Positions 8,859 to 18,965 are shown, counted from the first letter of the stretch. The stretch is 64,000 nt of DNA from Spirochaetota bacterium (GCA_965205605.1 CBDBHE010000007.1:320001-384000); one strand, 5' to 3'. A program made the numbers and translations. Notes: a model not told the origin generated them from the letters alone.

Positions 8859-10051
8859 AACCCCAAGAGAAACTTTAAATCTTGGGTGTATTTTGTAAGA
8901 AGCTTTAGAGAAAGGTATTCATTTTTTTGGTGAGCTTGGCTAGGAAGGCCGAGTCCATAGTTAAGGGAGGGGATGGAGAAGTCGGTGAGTTGGGCGACGT
9001 CTGTCCAGGCTTGTTTAGGGTGAAGGGTGAGAGAGAGGTTGGTGATGGCTTTTTTGATGAAGGAGTCAAAAAAAGGCGAAGAGAGAGGGGTGGCTCCTTT
9101 AGTGTTGGAGACAATTTCAAGTTTCATGTTAGGGGGAGTTTTAATTTTTTTTAGGAAGGCTGTGAGAGAAAAAAAGGCTTGACGGGGAGTGAAAAAAGGA
9201 GCGTAGCGATAATTGACTCTCGCGGTAAACTTGTGGGGCAAGGTGGTGAAACTTTTGCCGATGCGATTAGAGTGAGCATGAGTGATTTGAAAGACTTCAA
9301 AAAAATCAAGGCCACCGACTTTAATTTTTTTAGGTTTTAGCGTTGAAAAAGCCTTTAAAAACGAAACCGCTTGATAAATCGCATTGCTTCCTTGCCAAGG
9401 CCTAGCCGAATGAGCTGACTTACCAAAAAACGTCATCTCAGCATGCAAGCTACCCAAAGCCCCTAAGTGAATCATCCCTTCGGTTGGCTCTCCCACGATG
9501 GCAAGGTTTACGCTTTTAAAAAAAGCTCGATGATTTCTCAGCATCGAATACAGCCCGTTGTCTTCTAATTTGGTGCCTTCTTCACGACTATAAAGCACCA
9601 CAGAAAGGCGGTAAGAAAGATGACGATACCTATTTTTTTGACACAAAAGCTCTAGCAAATGAAGGTACACCCCCACACTGCCTTTCATATCACTGGCCCC
9701 CCTGCCATGTAAAAAATCTCCTTTTACATACGACTTAAACCATTCTCCTACCACGTCCACATGCCCCACTAAAATCACATGCGGTTTCTTTTTCTTATCT
9801 TCCCTCTCACTTTCTTTAAACTCAACAATAAGACCATCGATTTCATTGCCCGTTAAAATCAGTTTTTCAAACACCTTTGCCTTCGACTTAAGTCGATTTT
9901 TTATAAACGTATAAAAAGGCTTTTCTTTATAAGTAGGGCTTTCAATATCCAACACTTGCTTGATGAGCTCCCCTAAAGCTTTTTCTTCTTTTCTCTCTAA
10001 AAGCGGTAATGGTTTTCCATTTTTTGTTTTTAAAGCTTGATAAACGGACAC
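8855..10051 (-). CDS. dapE: Succinyl-diaminopimelate desuccinylase (M20 family)
   Basis: GHVDVV, HGRGASDMKG, REE, HSARPWQGSNAI, AWTDVAQ and AHQKNE motifs; dapB is nearby. Confidence 0.8.
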   Translation of the reverse strand: MSVYQALKTKNGKPLPLLERKEEKALGELIKQVLDIESPTYKEKPFYTFIKNRLKSKAKVFEKLILTGNEIDGLIVEFKESEREDKKKKPHVILVGHVDVVGEWFKSYVKGDFLHGRGASDMKGSVGVYLHLLELLCQKNRYRHLSYRLSVVLYSREEGTKLEDNGLYSMLRNHRAFFKSVNLAIVGEPTEGMIHLGALGSLHAEMTFFGKSAHSARPWQGSNAIYQAVSFLKAFSTLKPKKIKVGGLDFFEVFQITHAHSNRIGKSFTTLPHKFTARVNYRYAPFFTPRQAFFSLTAFLKKIKTPPNMKLEIVSNTKGATPLSSPFFDSFIKKAITNLSLTLHPKQAWTDVAQLTDFSIPSLNYGLGLPSQAHQKNEYLSLKLLTKYTQDLKFLLGF

Positions 10052-10057
10052 GGTTTC

Positions 10058-12499
10058 TTAATCTTTACCTAAACGGTCTTTTTTGGTTTCTTTCCCCTCA
10101 GAACTTCTTCTCTCGGAACTCCTTCCTTCAGAGTTTCTTCCTCGATCGGAACTTCTTTTTCCTTCTGAGCTCCACGTTTTAAAGCCTCGTCCCTCGGAAC
10201 TTCCTGTTTTAAATCTTCTTCCTTCAGAACTTCGTCCCTCAGAACTTCTTCTCTCGGAACTCCTTCCTTCAGAGTTTCTTCCTCGATCGGAACTTCTTTT
10301 TCCTTCTGAGCTCCACGTTTTAAAGCCTCGTCCCTCGGAACTTCCTGTTTTAAATCTTCTTCCTTCAGAACTTCGTCCCTCAGAACTTCTTCTCTCGGAA
10401 CTCCTTCCTTCAGAGTTTCTTCCTCGATCGGAACTTCTTTTTCCTTCTGAGCTCCACGTTTTAAAGCCTCGTCCCTCGGAACTTCCTGTTTTAAATCTTC
10501 TTCCTTCAGAACTTCGTCCCTCAGAACTTCTTCTCTCGGAACTCCTTCCTTCAGAGTTTCTTCCTCGATCGGAACTTCTTTTTCCTTCTGAGCTCCACGT
10601 TTTAAAGCCTCGTCCCTCGGAACTTCCTGTTTTAAATCTTCTTCCTTCAGAACTTCGTCCCTCAGAACTTCTTCTCTCGGAACTCCTTCCTTCAGAGTTT
10701 CTTCCTCGATCGGAACTTCTTTTTCCTTCTGAGCTCCACGTTTTAAAGCCTCGTCCCTCGGAACTTCCTGTTTTAAATCTTCTTCCTTCAGAACTTCGTC
10801 CCTCAGAACTTCTTCTCTCGGAACTCCTTCCTTCAGAGTTTCTTCCTCGATCGGAACTTCTTTTTCCTTCTGAGCTCCACGTTTTAAAGCCTCGTCCCTC
10901 GGAACTTCCTGTTTTAAATCTTCTTCCTTCAGAACTTCGTCCCTCAGAACTTCTTCTCTCGGAACTCCTTCCTTCAGAGTTTCTTCCTCGATCGGAACTT
11001 CTTTTTCCTTCTGAGCTCCACGTTTTAAAGCCTCGTCCCTCGGAACTTCCTGTTTTAAATCTTCTTCCTTCAGAACTTCGTCCCTCAGAACTTCTTCTCT
11101 CGGAACTCCTTCCTTCAGAGTTTCTTCCTCGATCGGAACTTCTTTTTCCTTCTGAGCTCCACGTTTTAAAGCCTCGTCCCTCGGAACTTCCTGTTTTAAA
11201 TCTTCTTCCTTCAGAACTTCGTCCCTCAGAACTTCTTCTCTCGGAACTCCTTCCTTCAGAGTTTCTTCCTCGATCGGAACTTCTTTTTCCTTCTGAGCTC
11301 CACGTTTTAAAGCCTCGTCCCTCGGAACTTCCTGTTTTAAATCTTCTTCCTTCAGAACTTCGTCCCTCAGAACTTCTTCTCTCGGAACTCCTTCCTTCAG
11401 AGTTTCTTCCTCGATCGGAACTTCTTTTTCCTTCTGAGCTCCACGTTTTAAAGCCTCGTCCCTCGGAACTTCCTGTTTTAAATCTTCTTCCTTCAGAACT
11501 TCGTCCCTCAGAACTTCTTCTCTCGGAACTCCTTCCTTCAGAGTTTCTTCCTCGATCGGAACTTCTTTTTCCTTCTGAGCTCCACGTTTTAAAGCCTCGT
11601 CCCTCGGAACTTCCTGTTTTAAATCTTCTTCCTTCAGAACTTCGTCCCTCAGAACTTCTTCTCTCGGAACTCCTTCCTTCAGAGTTTCTTCCTCGATCGG
11701 AACTTCTTTTTCCTTCTGAGCTCCACGTTTTAAAGCCTCGTCCCTCGGAACTTCCTGTTTTAAATCTTCTTCCTTCAGAACTTCGTCCCTCAGAACTTCT
11801 TCTCTCGGAACTCCTTCCTTCAGAGTTTCTTCCTCGATCGGAACTTCTTTTTCCTTCTGAGCTCCACGTTTTAAAGCCTCGTCCTTCAAACTCTTTTCCG
11901 CCTAAATCTTTTTCTTCTAAATCTTGTCCTTCTAAATCATCCCGATTTAAATCTTCGTCCCTCAGAACTTCTTCCTTCGGAACTTCTTCCTTCAAAGCTC
12001 CACGTTTTAAATCTTCGTCCCTCAGAACTTCTTCCTTCGGAACTTCTTCCTTCAAAGCTCCACGTTTTAAATCTTCGTCCCTCAGAACTTCTTCCTTCGG
12101 AACTTCTTCCTTCAAAGCTCCACGTTTTAAATCTTCTTCCTTCAGAACTTCTTCCTTCGGAACTTCTTCCTTCAAAGCTCCACGTTTTAAAACCTCGTCC
12201 CTCAGAACTTCTTCCTTCAGAGTTTCTTCCTCGATCGGAACTTCTTCCTTCAAAGCTCCACGTTTTAAATCTTCGTCTCTCAGAACTTCTTCCTTCAGAG
12301 TTTCTTCCTCGATCGGAACTTCTTTTTCCTTCTGAGCTCCACGTTTTAAACCTTCTTTCTTTACTTTCTCTAAGCTTTCTTTAGGTGAGTTTCTGGGGGT
12401 AGATGAATCATCTTTTGAAAAAAAAGAAGAATCCTTTTCACTAGATTCATTTGAAGATTCTCTTGAAAGTTCGTTTGAATCTGCTTTATTAAAGGTCAC
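10058..12499 (-). CDS. Intrinsically disordered repeat protein: acidic repeat block followed by an Arg/Ser/Gly repeat block
   Basis: 813-aa ORF with unique N- and C-termini, ending 6 bp before the dapE start; weak GTG start with no clear SD. Confidence 0.65.
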   Translation of the reverse strand: MTFNKADSNELSRESSNESSEKDSSFFSKDDSSTPRNSPKESLEKVKKEGLKRGAQKEKEVPIEEETLKEEVLRDEDLKRGALKEEVPIEEETLKEEVLRDEVLKRGALKEEVPKEEVLKEEDLKRGALKEEVPKEEVLRDEDLKRGALKEEVPKEEVLRDEDLKRGALKEEVPKEEVLRDEDLNRDDLEGQDLEEKDLGGKEFEGRGFKTWSSEGKRSSDRGRNSEGRSSERRSSEGRSSEGRRFKTGSSEGRGFKTWSSEGKRSSDRGRNSEGRSSERRSSEGRSSEGRRFKTGSSEGRGFKTWSSEGKRSSDRGRNSEGRSSERRSSEGRSSEGRRFKTGSSEGRGFKTWSSEGKRSSDRGRNSEGRSSERRSSEGRSSEGRRFKTGSSEGRGFKTWSSEGKRSSDRGRNSEGRSSERRSSEGRSSEGRRFKTGSSEGRGFKTWSSEGKRSSDRGRNSEGRSSERRSSEGRSSEGRRFKTGSSEGRGFKTWSSEGKRSSDRGRNSEGRSSERRSSEGRSSEGRRFKTGSSEGRGFKTWSSEGKRSSDRGRNSEGRSSERRSSEGRSSEGRRFKTGSSEGRGFKTWSSEGKRSSDRGRNSEGRSSERRSSEGRSSEGRRFKTGSSEGRGFKTWSSEGKRSSDRGRNSEGRSSERRSSEGRSSEGRRFKTGSSEGRGFKTWSSEGKRSSDRGRNSEGRSSERRSSEGRSSEGRRFKTGSSEGRGFKTWSSEGKRSSDRGRNSEGRSSERRSSEGRSSEGRRFKTGSSEGRGFKTWSSEGKRSSDRGRNSEGRSSERRSSEGKETKKDRLGKD
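10095..11885. repeat. 141-bp tandem repeat, ~12.7 apparently identical copies
   Basis: Marker GAGCTCCACG recurs at 10167, 10308 ... 11859 (period 141); encodes a 47-aa unit. Confidence 0.97.
11946..12350. repeat. 60-bp tandem repeat (~4 copies) plus longer variants, built from the same 15-bp subunit as the 141-bp array
   Basis: Sequence lines 11941-12180 repeat with period 60; subunit approximately CTTCTTCCTTCAGAA. Confidence 0.9.
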
Positions 12500-12717
12500 G
12501 GGAGTATTGGTTTTTATTGATAATCGGTTTAAAGTTTTATTAGTTTTAGGCTTTATTAATGACGATTTTTTTTTAATTGATTTTTTTCAAAAAAAGATTA
12601 TTTTACTTACTTTTTTACTTACTTTATAAGATTATTTAAAATTATTTAAGATTATTTTATTTATTAAAACTTTATAAGAAAAAAAATACTTTTAAAAAGA
12701 AAGGTTCCACTTTACAA

Positions 12718-12754
12718 TTAAACACTTAAACACTTAAACACTTAAACACTTAAA
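12718..12754. repeat. 8-bp tandem repeat (TTAAACAC) x4 in the divergent promoter region upstream of htpG
   Basis: Read directly from the sequence. Confidence 0.85.
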
Positions 12755-12828
12755 AAAAAAACAACTTGATTTTAACAAAAAAATAAGTTTACCATCAATT
12801 TTGATAATAAGTTAAGGAGTCAAAAAAA

Positions 12829-14772
12829 ATGAGCCAAGAAAACGAAAAACAAACAAAAACCATCAAAGCAGAAAAAGGACAAATTAGTGTCGACACTGAA
12901 AATCTCTTCCCCATTATTAAAAAATGGCTCTATAGCGAAGAAGATATCTTTTTAAGAGAATTGATTTCCAATAGTTTTGATGCCATCACCAAGCTAAATC
13001 AACTCAGTGATATGGGTGAATACAAAGGCAAGCTTCCAAACCCTCTCATCAACATTATCATCGACAAATCTAAAAAAAGCATTAGCATCATTGACACCGG
13101 TCTTGGCATGACTGGAGACGAAATTAAAAAGTACATCAATCAAATTGCTTTTTCAGGTGCTAAAGAGTTTATGAAAAAATACGAACAAACCAATAAAGAC
13201 ATGATCGGTCATTTTGGTCTAGGTTTCTTTTCATCCTTTATGGTCGCTGACAAAGTAGAAATTGAAACTTTATCTTATCAGAAAAATGCCACCGGAGTCC
13301 TTTGGCAGTGTGATGGGAGTACTTCCTTTACCATTGAGCCTCTGAACAAAAAGACCGATATCGGCACAGTCGTTCGCCTTCACCTAAACCCCCAAGCGGC
13401 AAAAATCTACCTTGAAGAACAAAAAATAAAAGACCTCGTTAAAAAGCATTCTAATTTCCTTCCCGTCACCATCCAAGTCAACGGTAAAAAAGAAAACGAA
13501 ATGCTAGGATTATGGGCAAAAAAACCTTCTTCCTTAAAAAAAGAAGATTATCAAGCTTTTTATAAAAAACTCTTTCCTCTTGAAGAAGAATCTCTTTTTC
13601 ACATTCACCTCAATGTTGACTACCCATTTAATTTAAAAGGTATCTTGTATTTCCCAAAGATTAAAACAGAAATCGATTTACAAACCAAAGGACGCATCAA
13701 GCTATTTTGTAATCACGTGTTTGTTTCTGACAACATTATTGATATCATTCCCCCTTATCTAAACCTCTTAAGGGGAGCTTTAGATAGCCCCGACATTCCG
13801 CTAAACGTTTCGCGTTCGTTTCTGAAAAAAGACCTAAAAGTCGAAAAAATTGGAAAGCACATCATTAAAAAAATTGCCGACAAGCTAAACGAACTTTTCA
13901 CTAAAGAAAGAAAAAAATATGAAGGCTATTTTAATAATATTCATCCTTTCATCAAGTTTACCATTTTAAGTGACACCGATTTCTTCGATAAAATTCAAAA
14001 AAGTTTCCTTTTTAAAACCATCAAAGACCAATTTTTAACCCTTGACGAACTCAAAGAAAAAAATCAAACTCAAAAAACTTTTAAAGACATCCTCATCTAC
14101 ACTTCCCATCAAGACAAGCAGCTCCCCTACATCACTCGCTACCAAGACCAAGTCTCTGATATCCTCGTCTTAGACAGCCCCTTGGACAATCACCTCATCG
14201 GGCAATTAGAAGCCAAACTTTCTCCTATCAAGTTTATGCGAGTTGACTCCAACTTTCACGAAGGAGCCCCTAGCCCTAAAGACAAAAAAAAAGAAGACCC
14301 CCAAGAGGAAAAAACCTTAAAAGAAGCTTTTAAACTCGCTCTTGAAAATGACAACCTAAACATTGAAATCAAAACAGACCCCAAGGGGACTTTTGCCCTT
14401 ACCTTTGTCCAGTCTGAGCAAATGAGACGATTTAGCGATATGTCTAGTTTAATGGGAAACAGCTCTTCTACCAGCTTCCCTTTACCAAAAACCTTAGTCA
14501 TAAACGACCATCACCCCATGATTAAAAAGCTTTCCCAAACTCTAAAAACAACCCCCTCTCAAACAAACAAAACAGAAAAAACAATCCCTAATAAAAAAGA
14601 AAGTGAAAAAAAAGAAGCAGAAAAAAAACCCTCTCTTTCTCTTTCTCCTTCCTTTAAACAAGCCGTCCTCACTCTTTATGACATTGCTTTACTCGAGCAA
14701 AATGACCTTAAAGGACAAAACTTAGAAAACTTCACCAAGCGTATCCTAGGGGGACTTGAAAAAACGTTTTAA
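12829..14772 (+). CDS. htpG: Molecular chaperone HtpG (Hsp90)
   Basis: IFLRELISNSFDA, DTGLGMT, IGHFGLGFFS and DIPLNVSRS motifs; SD AAGGAG. Confidence 0.97.
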   Translation: MSQENEKQTKTIKAEKGQISVDTENLFPIIKKWLYSEEDIFLRELISNSFDAITKLNQLSDMGEYKGKLPNPLINIIIDKSKKSISIIDTGLGMTGDEIKKYINQIAFSGAKEFMKKYEQTNKDMIGHFGLGFFSSFMVADKVEIETLSYQKNATGVLWQCDGSTSFTIEPLNKKTDIGTVVRLHLNPQAAKIYLEEQKIKDLVKKHSNFLPVTIQVNGKKENEMLGLWAKKPSSLKKEDYQAFYKKLFPLEEESLFHIHLNVDYPFNLKGILYFPKIKTEIDLQTKGRIKLFCNHVFVSDNIIDIIPPYLNLLRGALDSPDIPLNVSRSFLKKDLKVEKIGKHIIKKIADKLNELFTKERKKYEGYFNNIHPFIKFTILSDTDFFDKIQKSFLFKTIKDQFLTLDELKEKNQTQKTFKDILIYTSHQDKQLPYITRYQDQVSDILVLDSPLDNHLIGQLEAKLSPIKFMRVDSNFHEGAPSPKDKKKEDPQEEKTLKEAFKLALENDNLNIEIKTDPKGTFALTFVQSEQMRRFSDMSSLMGNSSSTSFPLPKTLVINDHHPMIKKLSQTLKTTPSQTNKTEKTIPNKKESEKKEAEKKPSLSLSPSFKQAVLTLYDIALLEQNDLKGQNLENFTKRILGGLEKTF

Positions 14773-14800
14773 TTTCTTTTTTGTGCAAAGCTCTCTTAAT

Positions 14801-16294
14801 TTAGAGATGCTTTTTTTTAGAAGGGAGTGTTTTTTCTTTTTCTAAAAGAGGAGATGACGGTTTCAAAAAAAAACGAGCTAAATTGAGTAGGGTTTGTTTT
14901 TCATTGAGAGAGGGTTCGTCGAGGACTTTTTCAAGGAGATGGTTTAAAATAAAGCCAATGGTTTTAGAAGGCTTTAAAGAAAAAGTCTTGATAAGGTCGT
15001 GACCACTCAAGTCTAAATCAGTAATTTTAAGAGCATTTTCTTCCAAGAGGCATTTAGCAATTCGTTTTTTAAACGCTTCGATTTGGGGGCAAGTTTTTAA
15101 ACGCAAGCCATTGCCCATGCGATCAGCTTGCCTGAGTAAAAACAAAGACTCAAGGTTTTCTTCGCCCACTCGTTTTAAAAATCGTCTCACCGCCCCGTCA
15201 CTCCATTGCTCGGTGTAATGAAACATGTGATTTGCAATGAGGTGAGAGGTTTTTCGGATTTGGTCTTTTGAAAAACAAAGGCGCCTCATCACCTTAGTCG
15301 CTACTTTTGCCCCGATGATTTCGTGATTGTAAAAAGTGCATTCGGCTTCGGTTTTCCCTGGTGAAATGCGTTTACAACTTGGCTTGGCAATGTCATGAAA
15401 AAGAGCACTGAAACGCAAAACTAAATCATTTTCACTAGGTAAAAAACTTTTAAGGACATGGAGCGTATGATGATACACGTCATATTTGTGATATTTATTT
15501 TGCCTCACCCCAATGGTTTTATCAAGCTCAGGGAGGATTTTCTTTAGTAAGCGAGTATCACGCATCACCTCAATCCCCAAGTCAGGGTAAGGAGCGGTCA
15601 GCATTTTGATTAACTCATCCCTTAGGCGTTCTTTAGAAATCATCTCGAGTAAAAACCCTTTTTCTCTCATCGCTTCTAACGTCTTTTTTTCAATCTCAAA
15701 GCCTAGCTTTGAAGCAAACCGACATGCTCTCATCATTCTTAATGCATCTTCTTCAAAACGTTTTTTCGGCTCCCCAATGGCTTTAATTTGTTGCTTGACT
15801 AAATCTTCCTTCCCTTTGAAATAATCCAACACCACCCCCTCAGTGATATCATAAGCAAAGGCGTTAATCGTAAAATCACGCCTTCTCAAGTCTTCGCTAA
15901 GGGTGCGGGAAAAAGTGACCCGATCAGGATGACGGTGATTTTTAAAAGCCGATTCACAACGATAAGTCGTCACCTCGTAAGATTGTTTTTCAATCAAAAT
16001 CGTCACCGTCCCATGCTTGACACCCGTGGGAATCGTCCGTTGAAAAAGACCCATCATTTGCTCTGGTAGTGCGCTAGTGGCAAAATCAAAGTCTCCTCTT
16101 AGATTGCCTTTCTTTTTTCCAACCCCTTCACCAACCCTTAAAGAAGAAGATGTACCCTCCTTGCTTCTTCCAAGTAAAAAATCTCGAACACTCCCCCCCA
16201 CAAGGTACAACTCAAAACCTCTTTTTTTAAAATTAGAATACAAAGTGTAAACTTCTTTAGGAAGAGGAATTTTAATCGATTCTTTTAATAACAT
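14801..16294 (-). CDS. cca: CCA tRNA nucleotidyltransferase with HD domain
   Basis: LVGGSVRD, DFDFAT, DLRRRDFTINA, EDALRMMRACRF, ERLRDE and HDIAK motifs. Confidence 0.9.
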   Translation of the reverse strand: MLLKESIKIPLPKEVYTLYSNFKKRGFELYLVGGSVRDFLLGRSKEGTSSSLRVGEGVGKKKGNLRGDFDFATSALPEQMMGLFQRTIPTGVKHGTVTILIEKQSYEVTTYRCESAFKNHRHPDRVTFSRTLSEDLRRRDFTINAFAYDITEGVVLDYFKGKEDLVKQQIKAIGEPKKRFEEDALRMMRACRFASKLGFEIEKKTLEAMREKGFLLEMISKERLRDELIKMLTAPYPDLGIEVMRDTRLLKKILPELDKTIGVRQNKYHKYDVYHHTLHVLKSFLPSENDLVLRFSALFHDIAKPSCKRISPGKTEAECTFYNHEIIGAKVATKVMRRLCFSKDQIRKTSHLIANHMFHYTEQWSDGAVRRFLKRVGEENLESLFLLRQADRMGNGLRLKTCPQIEAFKKRIAKCLLEENALKITDLDLSGHDLIKTFSLKPSKTIGFILNHLLEKVLDEPSLNEKQTLLNLARFFLKPSSPLLEKEKTLPSKKKHL

Positions 16295-16332
16295 TTCTTT
16301 TGCTTAAAAAGAAAAAAAAAAAAATTTGCCGT

Positions 16333-16731
16333 TTATCGTTTTGAAAATTGAAAAGATTTTCTGGCTTTTTTATGACCATACATTTTTCTTTGTGTTTTTC
16401 TAGAATCTCGAGTAAGAAGACCATTTTTTCTAAGAAGAGGCCTTAGATTGATTTTACTCTGCAGTAAAGCCCTAGAAATCGCTAAACTTAAAGCCTCTGC
16501 TTGAGCGCTCAAACCTCCTCCATCAACCCTCACAATCATATCAAATCTCGCTTGTTCCCCTGTCACTTCAAAAGGACGATTGATTTTAAAAATCAAGCTT
16601 TTTCGCATAAAGTAAACCTCTAAAGACTTTCCATTACAAAGTATTTGCCCAGTGCCTTGTTTAAACCGAAGGCGAACAACCGCTGTTTTTCTACGACCAG
16701 TCGTTGTTTGATAAGGAGATTTTTTTTTCAT
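16333..16731 (-). CDS. rpsI: 30S ribosomal protein S9
   Basis: GRRKTAV, GGGLSAQAEA, C-terminal QFSKR. Confidence 0.97.
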   Translation of the reverse strand: MKKKSPYQTTTGRRKTAVVRLRFKQGTGQILCNGKSLEVYFMRKSLIFKINRPFEVTGEQARFDMIVRVDGGGLSAQAEALSLAISRALLQSKINLRPLLRKNGLLTRDSRKTQRKMYGHKKARKSFQFSKR

Positions 16732-17219
16732 GACGATGACTTACGCTTTTCTTTTTTTTTTAAGGCCTTTTTTCTAAAAGGAACTATCTCCATTTTTTTA
16801 ACACCCTGAACCTCCCCCCCATGAGGGTGAACACTACTAGGATAAACTTTCAAGTTCTTCTTAAAAATTCGCCTCCCTAAACGATTTTTAGGCAACATCC
16901 CCCTAATCGCCTTTTCTACAATAAAGGTTGGTTTTTTTGCATGCAAATCTTCATATACCGTTTCTTTTAGCCCCCCCACATATAAAGAATGCTTAAAATA
17001 TATTTTTTGTTGCCATTTTTTGCCCGTTAAACGAATGTCTTTAGCATTAATCACCACCACTTTATCTCCATTATTAGTATGAAAATCAAAACTCGCCTTA
17101 TGCTTACCCATTAAATAGCCACTCGCTTCACTCGCCAGCCGCCCTAAAGGCAAACGAGAAGCATCTATTAACAACCACTCTTGTTTAATCTCTTTTTGTT
17201 TTAAAAAAAATGTCTTCAT
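16728..17219 (-). CDS. rplM: 50S ribosomal protein L13
   Basis: WLLIDA, LGRLAS, GDKVVVINA and RGMLPKNRLGR motifs; upstream of rpsI. Confidence 0.97.
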   Translation of the reverse strand: MKTFFLKQKEIKQEWLLIDASRLPLGRLASEASGYLMGKHKASFDFHTNNGDKVVVINAKDIRLTGKKWQQKIYFKHSLYVGGLKETVYEDLHAKKPTFIVEKAIRGMLPKNRLGRRIFKKNLKVYPSSVHPHGGEVQGVKKMEIVPFRKKALKKKEKRKSSS

Positions 17220-17313
17220 GTTGATTTGATTAAGTCGTTTTTTTAGATTAATTTTTATTTTAAACAGATTACGAGCTGTCTTTATAAAAAAAGTATTATA
17301 ACATCATTTTAAA

Positions 17314-18033
17314 TCATTTTTTTCTCGTTATTTTTTTAATTTTTTTTTTTGAAGAAGTTCGTAAAGGTGATGTTAAGGGTGATTTTTGAGAAAAGAAAAA
17401 GTCGTTTAATGTTTTTCTTTCTTTCAAATAAAGCTTTTGTAAAGAAATAGCTTTAGAGAGGTAGGCTTTATTTTTTTTGGGATTTTGAAAATAATGGATG
17501 TAATGAGTGATGGCAACTTGTAAAAGTTGGTGTTTGGTTCCAATCAAGTCGTTGGTAAAAGGCAAAGAAGCCACTTGCGAATGCATAAAATGAAGCCTAG
17601 GCAAAACAAACAAACGAAGGTCTTTTGGGGTATTGAGATTGGTTTTAAGACCAAATGCAATGGGGGAAACTTTTGACAGCTTAAAGAGATTGGTGTAAAT
17701 GGCAAAATGAAGGTAAGAGAGAGGATGCTCTTTGGGGAGGTTTGGGGGGGGGAAAGATTGAGCAAGAGCTTGACTCAAAGGGGGGGGAGTGGCAGCCATT
17801 AAATGGCTGACTTTAAACTTAAAAGAAAGGAGACTAAAAAAAAGAGGACTAAAAGAAAAGACACAAAGGGCAGGAAGGGCAGAAAGGGCAGAAAGGGCAA
17901 AAGTGTTTTCATCCGACAAACCCCCTGGTGAGGGTGCTTTTCTAAGCCTTTCACTAAGCATTTCATTAATAAAGACATTTACAAAAAAATAAACAGCGAG
18001 GTAAAAAGATTTTTTTTTAAAAACCAAACACAT
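17314..18033 (-). CDS. Hypothetical protein, start uncertain
   Basis: 239-aa ORF filling the gap between dapB and rplM in the same orientation; low-complexity N-terminus; no recognised motif. Confidence 0.45.
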   Translation of the reverse strand: MCLVFKKKSFYLAVYFFVNVFINEMLSERLRKAPSPGGLSDENTFALSALSALPALCVFSFSPLFFSLLSFKFKVSHLMAATPPPLSQALAQSFPPPNLPKEHPLSYLHFAIYTNLFKLSKVSPIAFGLKTNLNTPKDLRLFVLPRLHFMHSQVASLPFTNDLIGTKHQLLQVAITHYIHYFQNPKKNKAYLSKAISLQKLYLKERKTLNDFFFSQKSPLTSPLRTSSKKKIKKITRKK

Positions 18034-18886
18034 CTTTTAAGCTATATAACCCAGGAGAAAATCCATAAAATCTCTTGACAGATTGCAAGACTCCTTTACA
18101 AAAAGCATCACGGGTAATGGCGGTGTGTTTAAGGGAAAGGACTTCTTGTTCACTTGCTAAAAAAACCGTATGCTCACCGATAGTCCCCCCTAGTCTAAGT
18201 GAAAAAAGACCAACTTCATTTTCTCTTCGTTTTTGATTCTTTTCAGTCCTTTTAGAAACAAGCCTCAGCTTATTTTTATTTCTGCCTTGTTGGCAAGCGT
18301 CATAGAGCATCAATGCCGTTTTAGAAGGAGCGTCAATTTTTTGATGGTGGTGGTTTTCAATGATATCAATATCCCATTCTTTTAGCTGCTGACTCAATTG
18401 TTTCACCACCCCTTTTAAGGCATGAACCCCAATAGAAAAATTGCCCGATTTTAAAATAGGAATCCTCCAAGCATACTTTTCAATCTTCTTTTCTTGCTCA
18501 TCACTAAAACCTGTCGTGCCAATCACATACCCTAAAAACTTCTTTTCTTTCTTTAAAGACCCACCAGCTCCCTCTTCTTTTTTTTTGATAAACGCCTCTA
18601 CTCGCTCCAAATGCTCCATCGTCCCCTCCGGTAAAGAAAAATCAATCATCACCTCACTCTCTTCTAAACAGCTTTCTACCAACCTATCTCTCACCAGTAA
18701 CCCAAGCGGAGCAAGCGATAATAAAACCCCATAGTCTTCATTGATAAAACGACTTTTTTTACAATCCACCGCCCCAACTAATTCAAACTCTTTTTGAAGT
18801 GACAAAATTAATCGTCCATTGACTCGCCCCATTCTCCCATTAGAGCCAATTAAACTTACTTTTAGGGGGTTTTTATTCGTCTTCAT
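18017..18886 (-). CDS. dapB: 4-hydroxy-tetrahydrodipicolinate reductase
   Basis: GSNGRMG, IDFS, IGTTG, NFSIG and HHHQKIDAPS motifs. Confidence 0.95.
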   Translation of the reverse strand: MKTNKNPLKVSLIGSNGRMGRVNGRLILSLQKEFELVGAVDCKKSRFINEDYGVLLSLAPLGLLVRDRLVESCLEESEVMIDFSLPEGTMEHLERVEAFIKKKEEGAGGSLKKEKKFLGYVIGTTGFSDEQEKKIEKYAWRIPILKSGNFSIGVHALKGVVKQLSQQLKEWDIDIIENHHHQKIDAPSKTALMLYDACQQGRNKNKLRLVSKRTEKNQKRRENEVGLFSLRLGGTIGEHTVFLASEQEVLSLKHTAITRDAFCKGVLQSVKRFYGFSPGLYSLKDVFGF

Positions 18887-18890
18887 TTCG

Positions 18891-18965
18891 CAACCTTCCT
18901 AAGAGCAACCTTCCTAAGAGCAACCTTCCTAAGAGCAAACTTCCTAAGAGCAAACTTCCCAAGGG
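18891..18965. repeat. 15-bp tandem repeat (CAACCTTCCTAAGAG) x5 containing the dapB SD-like sequence
   Basis: Copies at 18891, 18906, 18921, 18936 and 18951; the minus strand reads CTCTTAGGAAGGTTG. Confidence 0.9.

Noticed and set aside
10095-11885. CRISPR array
   Set aside because: Units are identical end to end with no unique spacers, the period is 141 bp, and there are no cas genes in the window.
10083-12335. 750-aa + strand ORF (SELLPSE repeats) as a real gene
   Set aside because: Antisense shadow: a stop-free repeat unit with length divisible by 3 stays open automatically. It has no unique termini or SD.
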